DNA of 32,000 bases from an uncultured archaeon (GTDB lineage: Archaea > Iainarchaeota > Iainarchaeia > Iainarchaeales > DATDZZ01). Position numbers and translations under genes: made by a program. The notes beneath the pieces are model-generated. The model ran no database searches. It saw only the letters and a program-made list of their open reading frames with translations, and had not been told where the DNA came from. Each line of letters opens with the position of its first letter. The first letter of the stretch is position 1. Of the stretch, positions 18,608 to 27,465 are shown one piece after another. The stretch is from contig CAYJVY010000007.1 in assembly GCA_964373795.1 (NCBI GenBank), forward strand, positions 63,591 through 95,590, read 5' to 3'.

Positions 18608-19666
18608 ATGAGTGAAAAAAAAGCTTTACTTACTGGTGGTGCAGGATTTATTGGAACAAATGCTGCCAATTATTTTTTGAAAAAGGGGTGGGAAATAACT
18701 ATATTAGATAACTTTTCTAGAAGGGGCACAAGAGAAAATGCTAATTGGTTAAAAAATCTTTTTCCAGAAAAACTTAAAATAGTTGAAGCAGATATTGTTA
18801 CAAATTTTAATGTGTTAAAAAGTAAAGTTAAAGAAAGTGATTTAATTATTCATTTAGCTGGACAGGTTGCTGTAACTACTTCTATTTTAAATCCGAGAGA
18901 CGATTTTAAAGTGAATGCCTTAGGAACATTTAATGTTTTAGAAGCTTTAAGAAAAACAGATTCAGATGCTACATTAGTCTATCCCTCGACCAATAAAGTT
19001 TATGGAAAAATGCAACAACTTGAAGTTCAAGAAAAAGAAACGCGCTATATATATAAAGATTATTCTAGTGGAATTCCCGAATCAATGCAGTTAGATTTTT
19101 TTTCCCCTTATGGATGTTCTAAAGGAACTGGGGATCAATATGTGCGAGATTATGAAAGAATTTATGGTTTAAATACCGTTGTATTTAGACAAAGCTGTAT
19201 TTATGGTGAAAGGCAATTTGGAATTGAAGACCAGGGATGGATTGCATGGTTTGTTATTTCCTCAATATTAGGCAAGCAAATTCATATTTATGGAAATGGA
19301 AAACAAGTTAGAGATGTATTATATGTAAATGATTTAATTGAAGCATATGAATTGGCACATCAAAAAATTAGTTTTTGTAGAGGACAGATTTTCAATATTG
19401 GAGGAGGAACAGACAGATCAATGAGTTTATTAGAGTTACTTAGTTTTTTGGAAGAACTTGTTGGGAGAAAAATGAATTATATTTTTGAAGATCAACGACC
19501 CGGAGATCAATTAATTTATATTAGTGATATTTCTAAAGTTCACGATAAGCTTGGTTGGACTCCTAAAACAAGTGTAAATGAAGGTGTGAAAAAATTAGTT
19601 GATTGGGTTTTTGAAAACCAAAAGTTAGTGAAAACTGTTTTAGCAGATTTATTGAAAAAAGTTTAA
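18608..19666 (+). CDS. Extended SDR, CDP-paratose 2-epimerase (Tyv)-like
   Basis: ALLTGGAGFIGTN, ILDNFSRRGTRENANWL, PSTNKVYG, catalytic YGCSK, FRQSCIYGERQFGIEDQGWIAWF. I prefer ATG 18608 over TTG 18596. Confidence 0.7.
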   Translation: MSEKKALLTGGAGFIGTNAANYFLKKGWEITILDNFSRRGTRENANWLKNLFPEKLKIVEADIVTNFNVLKSKVKESDLIIHLAGQVAVTTSILNPRDDFKVNALGTFNVLEALRKTDSDATLVYPSTNKVYGKMQQLEVQEKETRYIYKDYSSGIPESMQLDFFSPYGCSKGTGDQYVRDYERIYGLNTVVFRQSCIYGERQFGIEDQGWIAWFVISSILGKQIHIYGNGKQVRDVLYVNDLIEAYELAHQKISFCRGQIFNIGGGTDRSMSLLELLSFLEELVGRKMNYIFEDQRPGDQLIYISDISKVHDKLGWTPKTSVNEGVKKLVDWVFENQKLVKTVLADLLKKV

Positions 19667-19732
19667 AGTAATGATCATTTTTTATGAGGGCATTACTCAA
19701 TTTTAAAAACTTTACTAGAATCTATTAAGTAC

Positions 19733-20119
19733 GTGGGCAGAACTTTTCTTATTACGGGTGGTGCAGGATTTATTGGTTCGAATTATGTTGAATTTCATTT
19801 AAATAAATATCCTGAAGATGAGGTAATTGTTTTGGATAAATTAACTTATGCTGGTAGAAAAGAAAATTTAAAAGAATTTGAGTCAAACTCAAATTTTGAA
19901 TTTGTTAAAGGAGACATTTGTAATAAAAAATTGGTTGAAAAACTGGTTAAAGATGTTGATGTTGTAATTAATTTTGCTGCTGAAACTATGACAATATGCA
20001 ACAAGAATCATACTTCAAAACACAACTATGCAACCAACTACTCTAACTACAAACCAGTTAAGCCAACATGCTCAACAAAACCACAAGTTATGCAACAGAG
20101 CATCACTCCTCGCCGATGA
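19733..20119 (+). pseudogene. Orphan 5' fragment of rmlB (codons 1-85) fused to unrelated A/C-rich sequence
   Basis: MGRTFLITGGAGFIGSNYVEFHL...VINFAAET. Nucleotides 19763-19987 are identical to 21167-21391 of the intact rmlB. After 19987 the reading frame runs into non-homologous low-complexity sequence (MTICNKNHTSKHNYATNYSNYKP...). Confidence 0.85.
19763..19987 (+). repeat. Direct repeat copy 1 (225 bp, identical to 21167-21391)
   Basis: Base-by-base comparison of the two stretches found no mismatch. Covers rmlB codons ~11-85. Confidence 0.9.
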
Positions 20120-20246
20120 ATTAATTTTTTAATCCTTTCTATGCAAACTTTGTGATTAGGTTATGGTGGAGAAGAAAAGAATAATGAAAAAATGGCGAAT
20201 CTTTCTTGAAACCATTTTTAAATGTAGAAAAAACAGAGTTGTTTAA

Positions 20247-20921
20247 ATGAAAACCAATCAAACATTTGAAAGCAAAGATCTTAAGGAGCAAAAAGAATAT
20301 GCAGAACATTATGAGGAATTTTCAGAACTGGAACTATTTAATATAAAAATTCTTAAAAAAATAGCCAAACACCTAAAAGAGCCCATACTTGATGTTGGTT
20401 GTTTTACTGGGAGGAAAGCAGCGTTTTTTTATGAAAATGGGTATAAGGATATTTCTGGATGTGATATTTCAAATAACTCCATCAAACAAGCAAAAAAATC
20501 ATACCCCTTCATAAACTTCTTCCAACATGATATGGTAAAAAGTTCAACAAGTGAAAAATACAATTCAGTAATCTGCTTTCAAACAATTGAGCACATTTTT
20601 AACTATCATAGATTCTTAAAAAATATTGTTGGTTCATTGAACAATGGAGGAGTGGCGGTTATTGAAACGCCCAATGCGTGCAGCATAATTACTAGAGCAA
20701 GGCTACTACTTGGTGATGCTAGGAATTTTACAGGAAACATTGATGAGTCACATATAAGGTTTTTCAGTAAGACCTGTCTAGAGAAAGCAATGGAAAAACA
20801 AGGGATGACTATTGTTCAGTCGTTTGGCTACAATATTAGGCCAATTGTCAAACCAATTGAGTTTATTTCTTCAACTAGTTGGAAAGAAGTGCTTGTTGTA
20901 ATTGCAAAAAAACAACTCTAA
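20247..20921 (+). CDS. Class I SAM-dependent methyltransferase (Methyltransf_11/23-like)
   Basis: ILDVGCFTGRKAAFF motif I, GCDISNNSI, VICFQTIEHIF, LNNGGVAVIETPN. Lies inside the 1.4-kb unit bracketed by the 225-bp direct repeat. Confidence 0.8.
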   Translation: MKTNQTFESKDLKEQKEYAEHYEEFSELELFNIKILKKIAKHLKEPILDVGCFTGRKAAFFYENGYKDISGCDISNNSIKQAKKSYPFINFFQHDMVKSSTSEKYNSVICFQTIEHIFNYHRFLKNIVGSLNNGGVAVIETPNACSIITRARLLLGDARNFTGNIDESHIRFFSKTCLEKAMEKQGMTIVQSFGYNIRPIVKPIEFISSTSWKEVLVVIAKKQL

Positions 20922-20933
20922 AAAACTCACAAA

Positions 20934-20941
20934 TTTTTTTT
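20934..20941 (+). terminator. Oligo-T tract after the methyltransferase gene (archaeal-type terminator candidate)
   Basis: T8 run 13 nt after the TAA stop at 20919-20921. T-runs are frequent in this AT-rich DNA, so support is weak. Confidence 0.3.
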
Positions 20942-21016
20942 ATGCTGATTTAGGCGTCCCAGTCTAGAAAAATTGTGAAACTCCTGTTGTAATTAAAATC
21001 TAGATTTATATTACCA

Positions 21017-21180
21017 AATAAAACTTTAAAGAGGTTATTAGTACAAAAACTCAAATTATTTCCCCCAACTTATGTTGCAAATTTGTATTACTAGGATATA
21101 AAAACTTTAACTCACTAGTTAAATAATAATATGAATACATTAAAAACTGTTTTAGTTACAGGGGGAGCAGGATTTATTGG
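21017..21180 (+). repeat. Copy of the 8747-8900 promoter/5' CDS module, now driving rmlB
   Basis: See the partner feature 8747-8900. It overlaps direct repeat copy 2 by 14 nt (gcaggatttattgg, 21167-21180), the GxGxxG-coding microhomology shared by the SDR genes here. Confidence 0.85.
21096..21105 (+). promoter_or_regulatory. TATA box candidate for rmlB (near-leaderless transcript)
   Basis: ATATAAAAAC is centred ~31 nt upstream of ATG 21131. There is no SD-like sequence in between. It is conserved in the duplicated module. Confidence 0.5.
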
Positions 21181-22102
21181 TTCGAATTATGTTGAATTTC
21201 ATTTAAATAAATATCCTGAAGATGAGGTAATTGTTTTGGATAAATTAACTTATGCTGGTAGAAAAGAAAATTTAAAAGAATTTGAGTCAAACTCAAATTT
21301 TGAATTTGTTAAAGGAGACATTTGTAATAAAAAATTGGTTGAAAAACTGGTTAAAGATGTTGATGTTGTAATTAATTTTGCTGCTGAAACTCATGTTGAT
21401 AGATCAATTCAAGGACAAGCAGAGTTTCTTGAAACAAATATTATTGGAACTTACAATTTATTGGAAGCCTCACGAAATTCAAGTGTTAAAAAATTTTTGC
21501 AGATTTCAACTGACGAAGTTTATGGTTCGGTGGAAAAAGGTTCTAGCTTAGAAACGGATGAATTAAAGCCTCGAAATCCTTATTCTGCTTCAAAAGCAGC
21601 AGCTGATAGGTTTGCTTATTCTTATTTTGCAACTTATGGATTGCCTGTTTTAATTACTCGTGCTTCAAATAATTATGGTCCAAAACAATTTCCGGAAAAG
21701 GTTTTACCTTTGTTTATTACAAATTTGTTAAAAGGAAAAAAAGTTCCATTGTATGGTGATGGAAAAAATGTTCGAGACTGGCTTTACGTGGAAGATCATT
21801 GCAAGGCATTAGATGTTGTTTTGCAGAAAGGCAAATTTGGAGAAGTGTATAATGTTGGAGGAAATTGCGAACTTCAAAATATTGAATTAACTCATAAAGT
21901 TTTAAAGGCTTTAGGAAAAGGAGAGGAAATGATTGAATTAGTTAAAGACAGGCCAGGACATGATAGAAGGTATTCATTAAATTCAAGCAAATTAGAGGTG
22001 CTTGGATGGAAAACTGAAACAAGTTTTGAAGAAGGGTTGAAAAAAACAATTGAATGGTATAAAAAAAATGAAGCTTGGTGGAAACAATTAATAAAAAGTT
22101 AA
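21131..22102 (+). CDS. rmlB: dTDP-glucose 4,6-dehydratase
   Basis: VTGGAGFIGSNYV, AAETHVDRSI, STDEVYG, catalytic YSASKAAADRF, NNYGPKQFPEK, GDGKNVRDWLYVEDH, PGHDRRY. The first ~12 codons and the promoter are a copy of those of gene 7804-8796. Confidence 0.9.
   Translation: MNTLKTVLVTGGAGFIGSNYVEFHLNKYPEDEVIVLDKLTYAGRKENLKEFESNSNFEFVKGDICNKKLVEKLVKDVDVVINFAAETHVDRSIQGQAEFLETNIIGTYNLLEASRNSSVKKFLQISTDEVYGSVEKGSSLETDELKPRNPYSASKAAADRFAYSYFATYGLPVLITRASNNYGPKQFPEKVLPLFITNLLKGKKVPLYGDGKNVRDWLYVEDHCKALDVVLQKGKFGEVYNVGGNCELQNIELTHKVLKALGKGEEMIELVKDRPGHDRRYSLNSSKLEVLGWKTETSFEEGLKKTIEWYKKNEAWWKQLIKS
21167..21391 (+). repeat. Direct repeat copy 2 (inside intact rmlB)
   Basis: Identical to 19763-19987. 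The repeat period is 1404 bp. Confidence 0.9.
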
Positions 22103-22107
22103 GGAGG
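22103..22107 (+). promoter_or_regulatory. Shine-Dalgarno-like GGAGG ahead of rmlA
   Basis: GGAGG sits immediately after the rmlB stop, 8 nt before ATT 22116 and 3 nt before an out-of-frame TTG at 22111. Confidence 0.4.
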
Positions 22108-22115
22108 GATTTGAA

Positions 22116-22844
22116 ATTAAAGGAGTTATTTTAGCTGGGGGCACTGGTTCAAGGTTAAAGCCTCTTACAAATGTAACAAATAAGCATTTGCTTCCGGTTT
22201 ACGATAAGCCAATGATTTATTATCCAATTGAAACTTTGAAGTCTGCAGGCATAAAAGATATTTTAGTTATTACTGGAACTCATCATGCTGGAGCAATTTT
22301 TAATCTTTTAGGTAGTGGAAAAGATTTTGGAGTAAATTTTACTTATAGAGTTCAAGATGAAGCTGGAGGAATTCCAAGCGCAATTGGCTTAGCTGAAGGC
22401 TTTGTTGGAAACGATAAATTTGTTTCCATTAATGGAGACAATATTTTAACTCATTCAATTAAAAGCTTTGTAAATGAATTTGAAAAAGGCAATGAGGGAG
22501 CAAGAATTTTATTATATAATGGAACTGTTGAGCAAGCAAAAAAGTCTGGAGTAGCAGTTTTAAAAGGAGATAAAGTGCTTGAATTAATTGAAAAACCATT
22601 AGATCCTCCTTCTACAATGATTTCAATTGGAGTCTATATGTATACTTCAAAAGTTTTTGATGTAATTAAAACATTAAAGCCTAGTGCTAGAGGAGAAACA
22701 GAGATAACTCATGTTAACACTCATTACTTAAAAAAAGGCTCACTAAAAGCAAACGTAATTGAAGGGGAATGGCTTGATGCAGGAACAGTTGAAGAACTAT
22801 TAGAGTCAAACATTAAATTAAAAAAATTGGCTGAAAAAAAGTAA
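22116..22844 (+). CDS. rmlA: Glucose-1-phosphate thymidylyltransferase-like sugar nucleotidyltransferase (short archaeal form); start codon non-canonical or gene frameshifted
   Basis: The frame is open from 22095 and encodes IKGVILAGGTGSRLKPLTNVTNKHLLPVYDKPMIYYP. The essential GGxGxRL motif lies upstream of the track's Met at 22188. The only plausible initiator is ATT 22116, 8 nt after GGAGG. Confidence 0.75.
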   Translation: MKGVILAGGTGSRLKPLTNVTNKHLLPVYDKPMIYYPIETLKSAGIKDILVITGTHHAGAIFNLLGSGKDFGVNFTYRVQDEAGGIPSAIGLAEGFVGNDKFVSINGDNILTHSIKSFVNEFEKGNEGARILLYNGTVEQAKKSGVAVLKGDKVLELIEKPLDPPSTMISIGVYMYTSKVFDVIKTLKPSARGETEITHVNTHYLKKGSLKANVIEGEWLDAGTVEELLESNIKLKKLAEKK

Positions 22845-22858
22845 TAATTTGATTTTTT

Positions 22859-23938
22859 ATGAAAGTTGCTTTAATTAATGATTATCCTAAAAGCACTGGA
22901 ATTGGAAACTATGCTTTTTCTCTTTTCGATGAATTAAAAAACAAGCTTGACATTGAAATGGTTTACTTAAACCATGATTCAACTAAAGAATTGAATGAAA
23001 ATGTTTTAGAAATTAAAACTCAGTTTAATTTTCCATTTTTTAATAAAACTTTAAAGAATTTGTTTTTCTTTCCAAAAAAAATTCCAGAAGGATTTGATTT
23101 ATATCATTGCTCTAACCAGTTTTTAAGCAGAATAACAAAGTACAGAAAGCCTACAATAATTTCTTGCATGGACATAATTCCTTATATATTGAAAAACGAT
23201 TATCCTAAAAGTCTGAGAGTGCTTTTAACACATTCATTAAATGAAATGCATAACGCGAAAAAAATAATAACTATTTCTGATTACACTAAAAAAGAATTGA
23301 TTAAACATTTTGGGTTTGAAAAAAGTAAAATTCAAACAATTTATTTAGGTTTTAATAAATCAGTTTTTAAACCTAGAAATAAATATTTTGCTAGAGGCAA
23401 ACTTAACTTGCCTAAAGACAAAAAAATTATTTTAAGTGTTGGATCTGAGGAACCAAGAAAAAATATTGAGACAATTTTAGAGATTTTGCCTGAACTTAAG
23501 AAAGAGTTTTCAAATATTTTATTTCTAAGAATTGGGGAACAAAGCAAGAAAAATAAAAAATTAATAAAAAAACTAGGAATTGAAAAAAATGTTCAATATC
23601 TTGCAGGAGTGAATATAAATGATTTAGGGCATTATTATAATACATGTGACTTGTTTGTTTTTCCAAGTTATTATGAAGGTTTTGGCTTACCTGTTTTAGA
23701 GGCAATGGCCTCAGGAGTCCCTTTTTTGACAACTAACTGCACTTCAATTCCAGAAATAACTGGAAACAAATTTAAATTATTAGATCCATTTAATAAAGAA
23801 GAGTGGATTGAAAGCGTCATTAAAGCTTTAAATGAAGAGAATAGAAAGCGGGTTCAACATTATTTGAAACAAGCAAAAGAATTTTCTTGGGAAAAATGTG
23901 GAAAAGAAACTTTGCAAATTTATAATAAATTAATTTAG
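22859..23938 (+). CDS. GT4 glycosyltransferase
   Basis: LSVGSEEPRKN, PSYYEGFGLPVLEAMASGVPFLTTNCTSIPEI. Confidence 0.85.
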   Translation: MKVALINDYPKSTGIGNYAFSLFDELKNKLDIEMVYLNHDSTKELNENVLEIKTQFNFPFFNKTLKNLFFFPKKIPEGFDLYHCSNQFLSRITKYRKPTIISCMDIIPYILKNDYPKSLRVLLTHSLNEMHNAKKIITISDYTKKELIKHFGFEKSKIQTIYLGFNKSVFKPRNKYFARGKLNLPKDKKIILSVGSEEPRKNIETILEILPELKKEFSNILFLRIGEQSKKNKKLIKKLGIEKNVQYLAGVNINDLGHYYNTCDLFVFPSYYEGFGLPVLEAMASGVPFLTTNCTSIPEITGNKFKLLDPFNKEEWIESVIKALNEENRKRVQHYLKQAKEFSWEKCGKETLQIYNKLI

Positions 23939-23945
23939 TGGTTTT

Positions 23946-24581
23946 ATGAGTGAATTAAAAAGAAAGGATAAAGAAGAATACAATAAAATTTATTTAGTTA
24001 GAAAAGATGTTCAAGTTGAAAAAGTTTTTTTTCCTTTTAGTTCAACTGGTTGGATTGATAAAAATTACAATTATTCAGGGGATGTTTTGGATTTTGGTTC
24101 TAATATAAGTTCAACTACGTTTCAAAAAGTTTTAAGAGATAAAGGAAATTATTTTGGTTATGATGTTGACAAGGAAACTATTTCATGGCTTAAAAAAAAT
24201 AATTATTTTATTGATTTTTGGAAAACAAACAAAAAATTTGATTTCATTGTAGCAATTCAAGTTTATGAACATTTAGACTTAAATACAAGAGAAAAATTTA
24301 TTGAAAGAGCTTATAAATTACTTAAACCAAAAGGATTTTTAATTTTAGAATATCCTTACATAAGAAATTTGGGGGGAATAAATTATTTTACTGATAAAAC
24401 CCACCAACATCCCCCTGCATTTGAGGATGAAGCAAGTTTGTTGGCATTGTATAAATTTAAGCCTCGCTTAGTTTTGGTTGGAATAAGTTTTTGGCCTTTC
24501 ACTAATTTTTTTAAATTAGTTTTAAATATGGCTTTAGGATTTGATCCTCAACATAATGTTGTATTAATTGGGCAAAAATAG
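23946..24581 (+). CDS. Putative class I SAM-dependent methyltransferase
   Basis: Degenerate motif I VLDFGSN, YGYDVD, FDFIVAIQVYEHLD, LKPKGFLILEYP, DKTHQHP. Weaker match than 20247-20921. Confidence 0.6.
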   Translation: MSELKRKDKEEYNKIYLVRKDVQVEKVFFPFSSTGWIDKNYNYSGDVLDFGSNISSTTFQKVLRDKGNYFGYDVDKETISWLKKNNYFIDFWKTNKKFDFIVAIQVYEHLDLNTREKFIERAYKLLKPKGFLILEYPYIRNLGGINYFTDKTHQHPPAFEDEASLLALYKFKPRLVLVGISFWPFTNFFKLVLNMALGFDPQHNVVLIGQK

Positions 24582-24585
24582 TTTT

Positions 24586-25533
24586 TTAAGCACCCTGTTT
24601 TTTGTCAATATTAAACAAATAAAGTAGCAACCCATGAATTAAACCAATTCCAAAAATTAAATAAGTTATTATTCTAAAAATATGGAAAGGCGCTTTAATT
24701 GAATGAATAACTATACTTAAAACAATTACGATGAATGGAATTGAAAAAATTAACAAAAAAATATAATTAAAAATTAAATATAAGCAAAAAAATGTGAATG
24801 AAATTAGGTAAATTAGTCTTAGATATACTGCGATTACTTGTTTAACTAATTCTATGCCTGAAAAATGATTTAAAAAAGGTACTCCAGTTTTTCCATACCA
24901 TTTTGCTTGCTTGTACAATTCTTTAATTGAGTGAACTCCGTGGCCTGAAAAAAATGCTTTTTTAGTTGTCTTAGTTTTCAAATTATTTTCCTTTGCAAAC
25001 AATTCAATTTTTTCTTTATACAATTGATCTTCTCCAAAACCAATTTCAGGGAACCCCCCTAAATTTAAGTAAATATCTCTTCTAACAAATCTTGGTTCTA
25101 AAGAAACTCCAAATTCGTTTGTAACAATTTTTTCAATAAATTTTTCCTGAATTGTATGAAAAGCTGTATACAATGCAATTGTTTTTTCGTCAAATTCTTT
25201 AACACATTTTTCAATATATTTTTTGTCTTCCAAATAACAATCGGCATCCATTGAGCCAATAATTTTTGCATTTGTGTACTTTGCAGCCTTATTCCGTCCG
25301 AATGCAGGGCCTCTTCTTCCTGGATTATTAATTAAAACAATTGCTCCTTTTTTTTTTGCTATTTCAATTGTTTTATCTTTTGAGCCATCATCTACAACTA
25401 TTACTTCTTTATTTTTGTAAGAGTTTTCACTAATTGAATCAATTAATGCTCCTATGTGTTCTTCTTCGTTTAGTGTTGCAATTAATATAGCTACTTTAGG
25501 GTTTTTGCTTAATTTTTTTAATTTGAATGTCAT
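24586..25533 (-). CDS. GT2 glycosyltransferase with C-terminal TM helices
   Basis: VAILIATLNEEEHIG, VIVVDDGSKDKT, GPAFGRN, MDADCY. The hydrophobic C-terminal ~90 aa suggests membrane anchoring. Confidence 0.85.
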   Translation of the reverse strand: MTFKLKKLSKNPKVAILIATLNEEEHIGALIDSISENSYKNKEVIVVDDGSKDKTIEIAKKKGAIVLINNPGRRGPAFGRNKAAKYTNAKIIGSMDADCYLEDKKYIEKCVKEFDEKTIALYTAFHTIQEKFIEKIVTNEFGVSLEPRFVRRDIYLNLGGFPEIGFGEDQLYKEKIELFAKENNLKTKTTKKAFFSGHGVHSIKELYKQAKWYGKTGVPFLNHFSGIELVKQVIAVYLRLIYLISFTFFCLYLIFNYIFLLIFSIPFIVIVLSIVIHSIKAPFHIFRIITYLIFGIGLIHGLLLYLFNIDKKQGA

Positions 25534-25781
25534 TTTAATTCCTTTATTTTTTTTGCTGGCACTCCTGCTACGACGGTATTTTTCGGGACACTTTTTGTTA
25601 TAATTGCTCCTGCTCCAACAACAGAGTTTTTTCCAATTTTTGTTCTAGGTAAAATTATTGTTCCTGCATCGATATATGCATTGCTTTCAATTAATATTGG
25701 TGTGTTTTTAACTGGTTTTTTTGAACTATCATGAGTTAAAAGTAAAACTTTGGAGCAATTTGAACATTTTAGCCATTTATA
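25530..25781 (-). pseudogene. C-terminal fragment of a hexapeptide-repeat (left-handed beta-helix) sugar acyltransferase
   Basis: The minus-strand frame has no Met. It reads YKWLKCSNCSKVLLLTHDSSKKPVKNTPILIESNAYIDAGTIILPRTKIGKNSVVGAGAIITKSVPKNTVVAGVPAKKIKELK*. The TGA overlaps the ATG of the downstream GT2 (ATGA). Upstream hexapeptide-like pieces (GKNSFIEIDSIIDLTSDI) lie in other frames. Confidence 0.6.
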
Positions 25782-25986
25782 TCAGAAGTTAAATCAATTA
25801 TTGAATCTATTTCAATAAAACTGTTTTTACCAAAAATTTTCCTTTTCCTCTTTTATTGTTATAAATTATTTTAACACTTCTTCCTAAACCTGCATTTAAA
25901 TGAATTTCGTATCCATGAATTATTCTTTCAAAAAATCCTTATTTTTGAAGGCATTAATTCAAATAATGGTTCAAACATTTTTTCAC

Positions 25987-26283
25987 TTATATCAGAAAAA
26001 CCGGTTGTCCAAAAGCATGAATTATTGAGTTTGCTGTTGCAATAAAAGAAAAAGGAGTGGTTAAAACCCTTTCATCTCTTTTTAATCCAAGTGAAAGTAA
26101 TGCTATTTTCAATGCAGAAGTTCCAGAGTTAACTGCTATTGCATATTTTGAGCTACAATATTGGGTAAATTTTTCTTCAAACTTGAAAACTGATTCACCT
26201 AAAATAAATCTTTCATTTTGTAAAGCATTTAACGCTGCTTCTCTCATTTTTTCATTAAATTTTAGTTTAAAAAATGGAATCAT
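25987..26283 (-). pseudogene. N-terminal fragment of a DegT/DnrJ/EryC1-type sugar aminotransferase
   Basis: ESVFKFEEKFTQYCSSKYAIAVNSGTSALKIALLSLGL...VLTTPFSFIATANSIIHAFGQPVF, then a stop. Adding one T to the T5 run at ~26003 would extend it as PVFSDISEKMFEP.., but the Lys-PLP half of the enzyme is absent. Confidence 0.75.
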
Positions 26284-26363
26284 AAATATTTGCCCCTTTA
26301 AATTATATAAAACTTAAATGTTAAAGTTTTAATAACTCTTTTAGTACAATTTTAATCATTTTT

Positions 26364-27464
26364 TTAATTATTTATCACTTTTTTATACATTTCTAAATAC
26401 TTTTCCATTACTAATTTTTTATTAAATAGTTTTGCATTATTTATTGCTATTTTTCTGTATTTTTCAAAAAATTTTTTATCTGTTAAAATTTTCAACAATT
26501 TTTTGGTTAAATCATTTACATTATTTGGTTTAACTGTTAATGCTTCTTTCCCATTTTTTTCTGGAGAACCAATAATATCAGTACTGATTACTGGTTTGCC
26601 ACAACCCATTGCCTCCATTAAACTTAAACCAAAACCATCTCTATGTAATGCTGGAACAACTACTAAATAAGATAAATTATACATTTCATTTAATTTTTTC
26701 TCTGAAACAAATCCCAGCAAGTCAACTTGTTTTTCTAATTTAAGTTTTTTAATTAGTTTTTCTACATTTTTCTTGTCATAGGTAGGGCCAATCAATACTA
26801 GTTTTGCATTAACTTTATTTTTTATTTTTGCAAAAGCCTTCAGTAATACAAATATTTCTTTTTGTTTTTCCATTCTTCCAACAAATAAAACAATTTTTTT
26901 CTTTTGTTTTTTGACTTTTATTTTTTTAAATTTTGGTTCAATCCAGCCTTGAGTTGTAATTAGGTTTTTTTCTTTAAAATATTTTTCCAAAAACCAGGTG
27001 TAAGTGGTTACCTGATTTGCCTTGTTTAATATTTTTAAAATTGCATGTTTTTTTATTGGATTAGCAAAATTATTTTCTAGTTGATCACGGCCAAAAAAAG
27101 TAATAATTGATTTAGCATTTTTTAGTTTAGCTAAAAAAATAGTTGAAATTAATGGAGGCAAAGTGTAAAATCCATGATATACGTCATATTTTTCTAAACT
27201 AAATCCAGCTACAATATATTGCATGATTCTTTTTAATGGCTTTGAAGAGTAAATATTGTGCGTTTTAAATCTGTAAATTGTTATATTGTTAATTTTTTCC
27301 CTTTCTTTTTCATTTTTCCAGTTTGGAGTTAAAATATCTACTTTTATTTTATAGTTTTTAGTAAAATAATCAGCTATTCCAAAAACAATTCTCTCAGTTC
27401 CAGCATGTACTGGATAAGCAAAATCTGAAATCAATAAAATGCTTTTAATTTTCATTTTTTTCAC
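26364..27464 (-). CDS. GT4 glycosyltransferase
   Basis: FVGRMEKQKE, PALHRDGFGLSLMEAMGCGKPVISTDIIG. Confidence 0.85.
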   Translation of the reverse strand: MKKMKIKSILLISDFAYPVHAGTERIVFGIADYFTKNYKIKVDILTPNWKNEKEREKINNITIYRFKTHNIYSSKPLKRIMQYIVAGFSLEKYDVYHGFYTLPPLISTIFLAKLKNAKSIITFFGRDQLENNFANPIKKHAILKILNKANQVTTYTWFLEKYFKEKNLITTQGWIEPKFKKIKVKKQKKKIVLFVGRMEKQKEIFVLLKAFAKIKNKVNAKLVLIGPTYDKKNVEKLIKKLKLEKQVDLLGFVSEKKLNEMYNLSYLVVVPALHRDGFGLSLMEAMGCGKPVISTDIIGSPEKNGKEALTVKPNNVNDLTKKLLKILTDKKFFEKYRKIAINNAKLFNKKLVMEKYLEMYKKVINN

Positions 27465-27465
27465 T

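Noticed and set aside
20163-20246. 27-codon ORF (MVEKKRIMKKWRIFLETIFKCRKNRVV) ending in TAA immediately before, and in frame with, the methyltransferase ATG
   Set aside because: It is too short and featureless to call. It could be a uORF or a severed N-terminal extension, but nothing in the sequence discriminates these.
8901-21016. 12-kb segment between the inverted promoter modules as an invertible expression switch (shufflon-like)
   Set aside because: Both repeats point outward, so inversion would leave each promoter attached to the same downstream gene body. No recombinase gene is present, and no expression change is expected.
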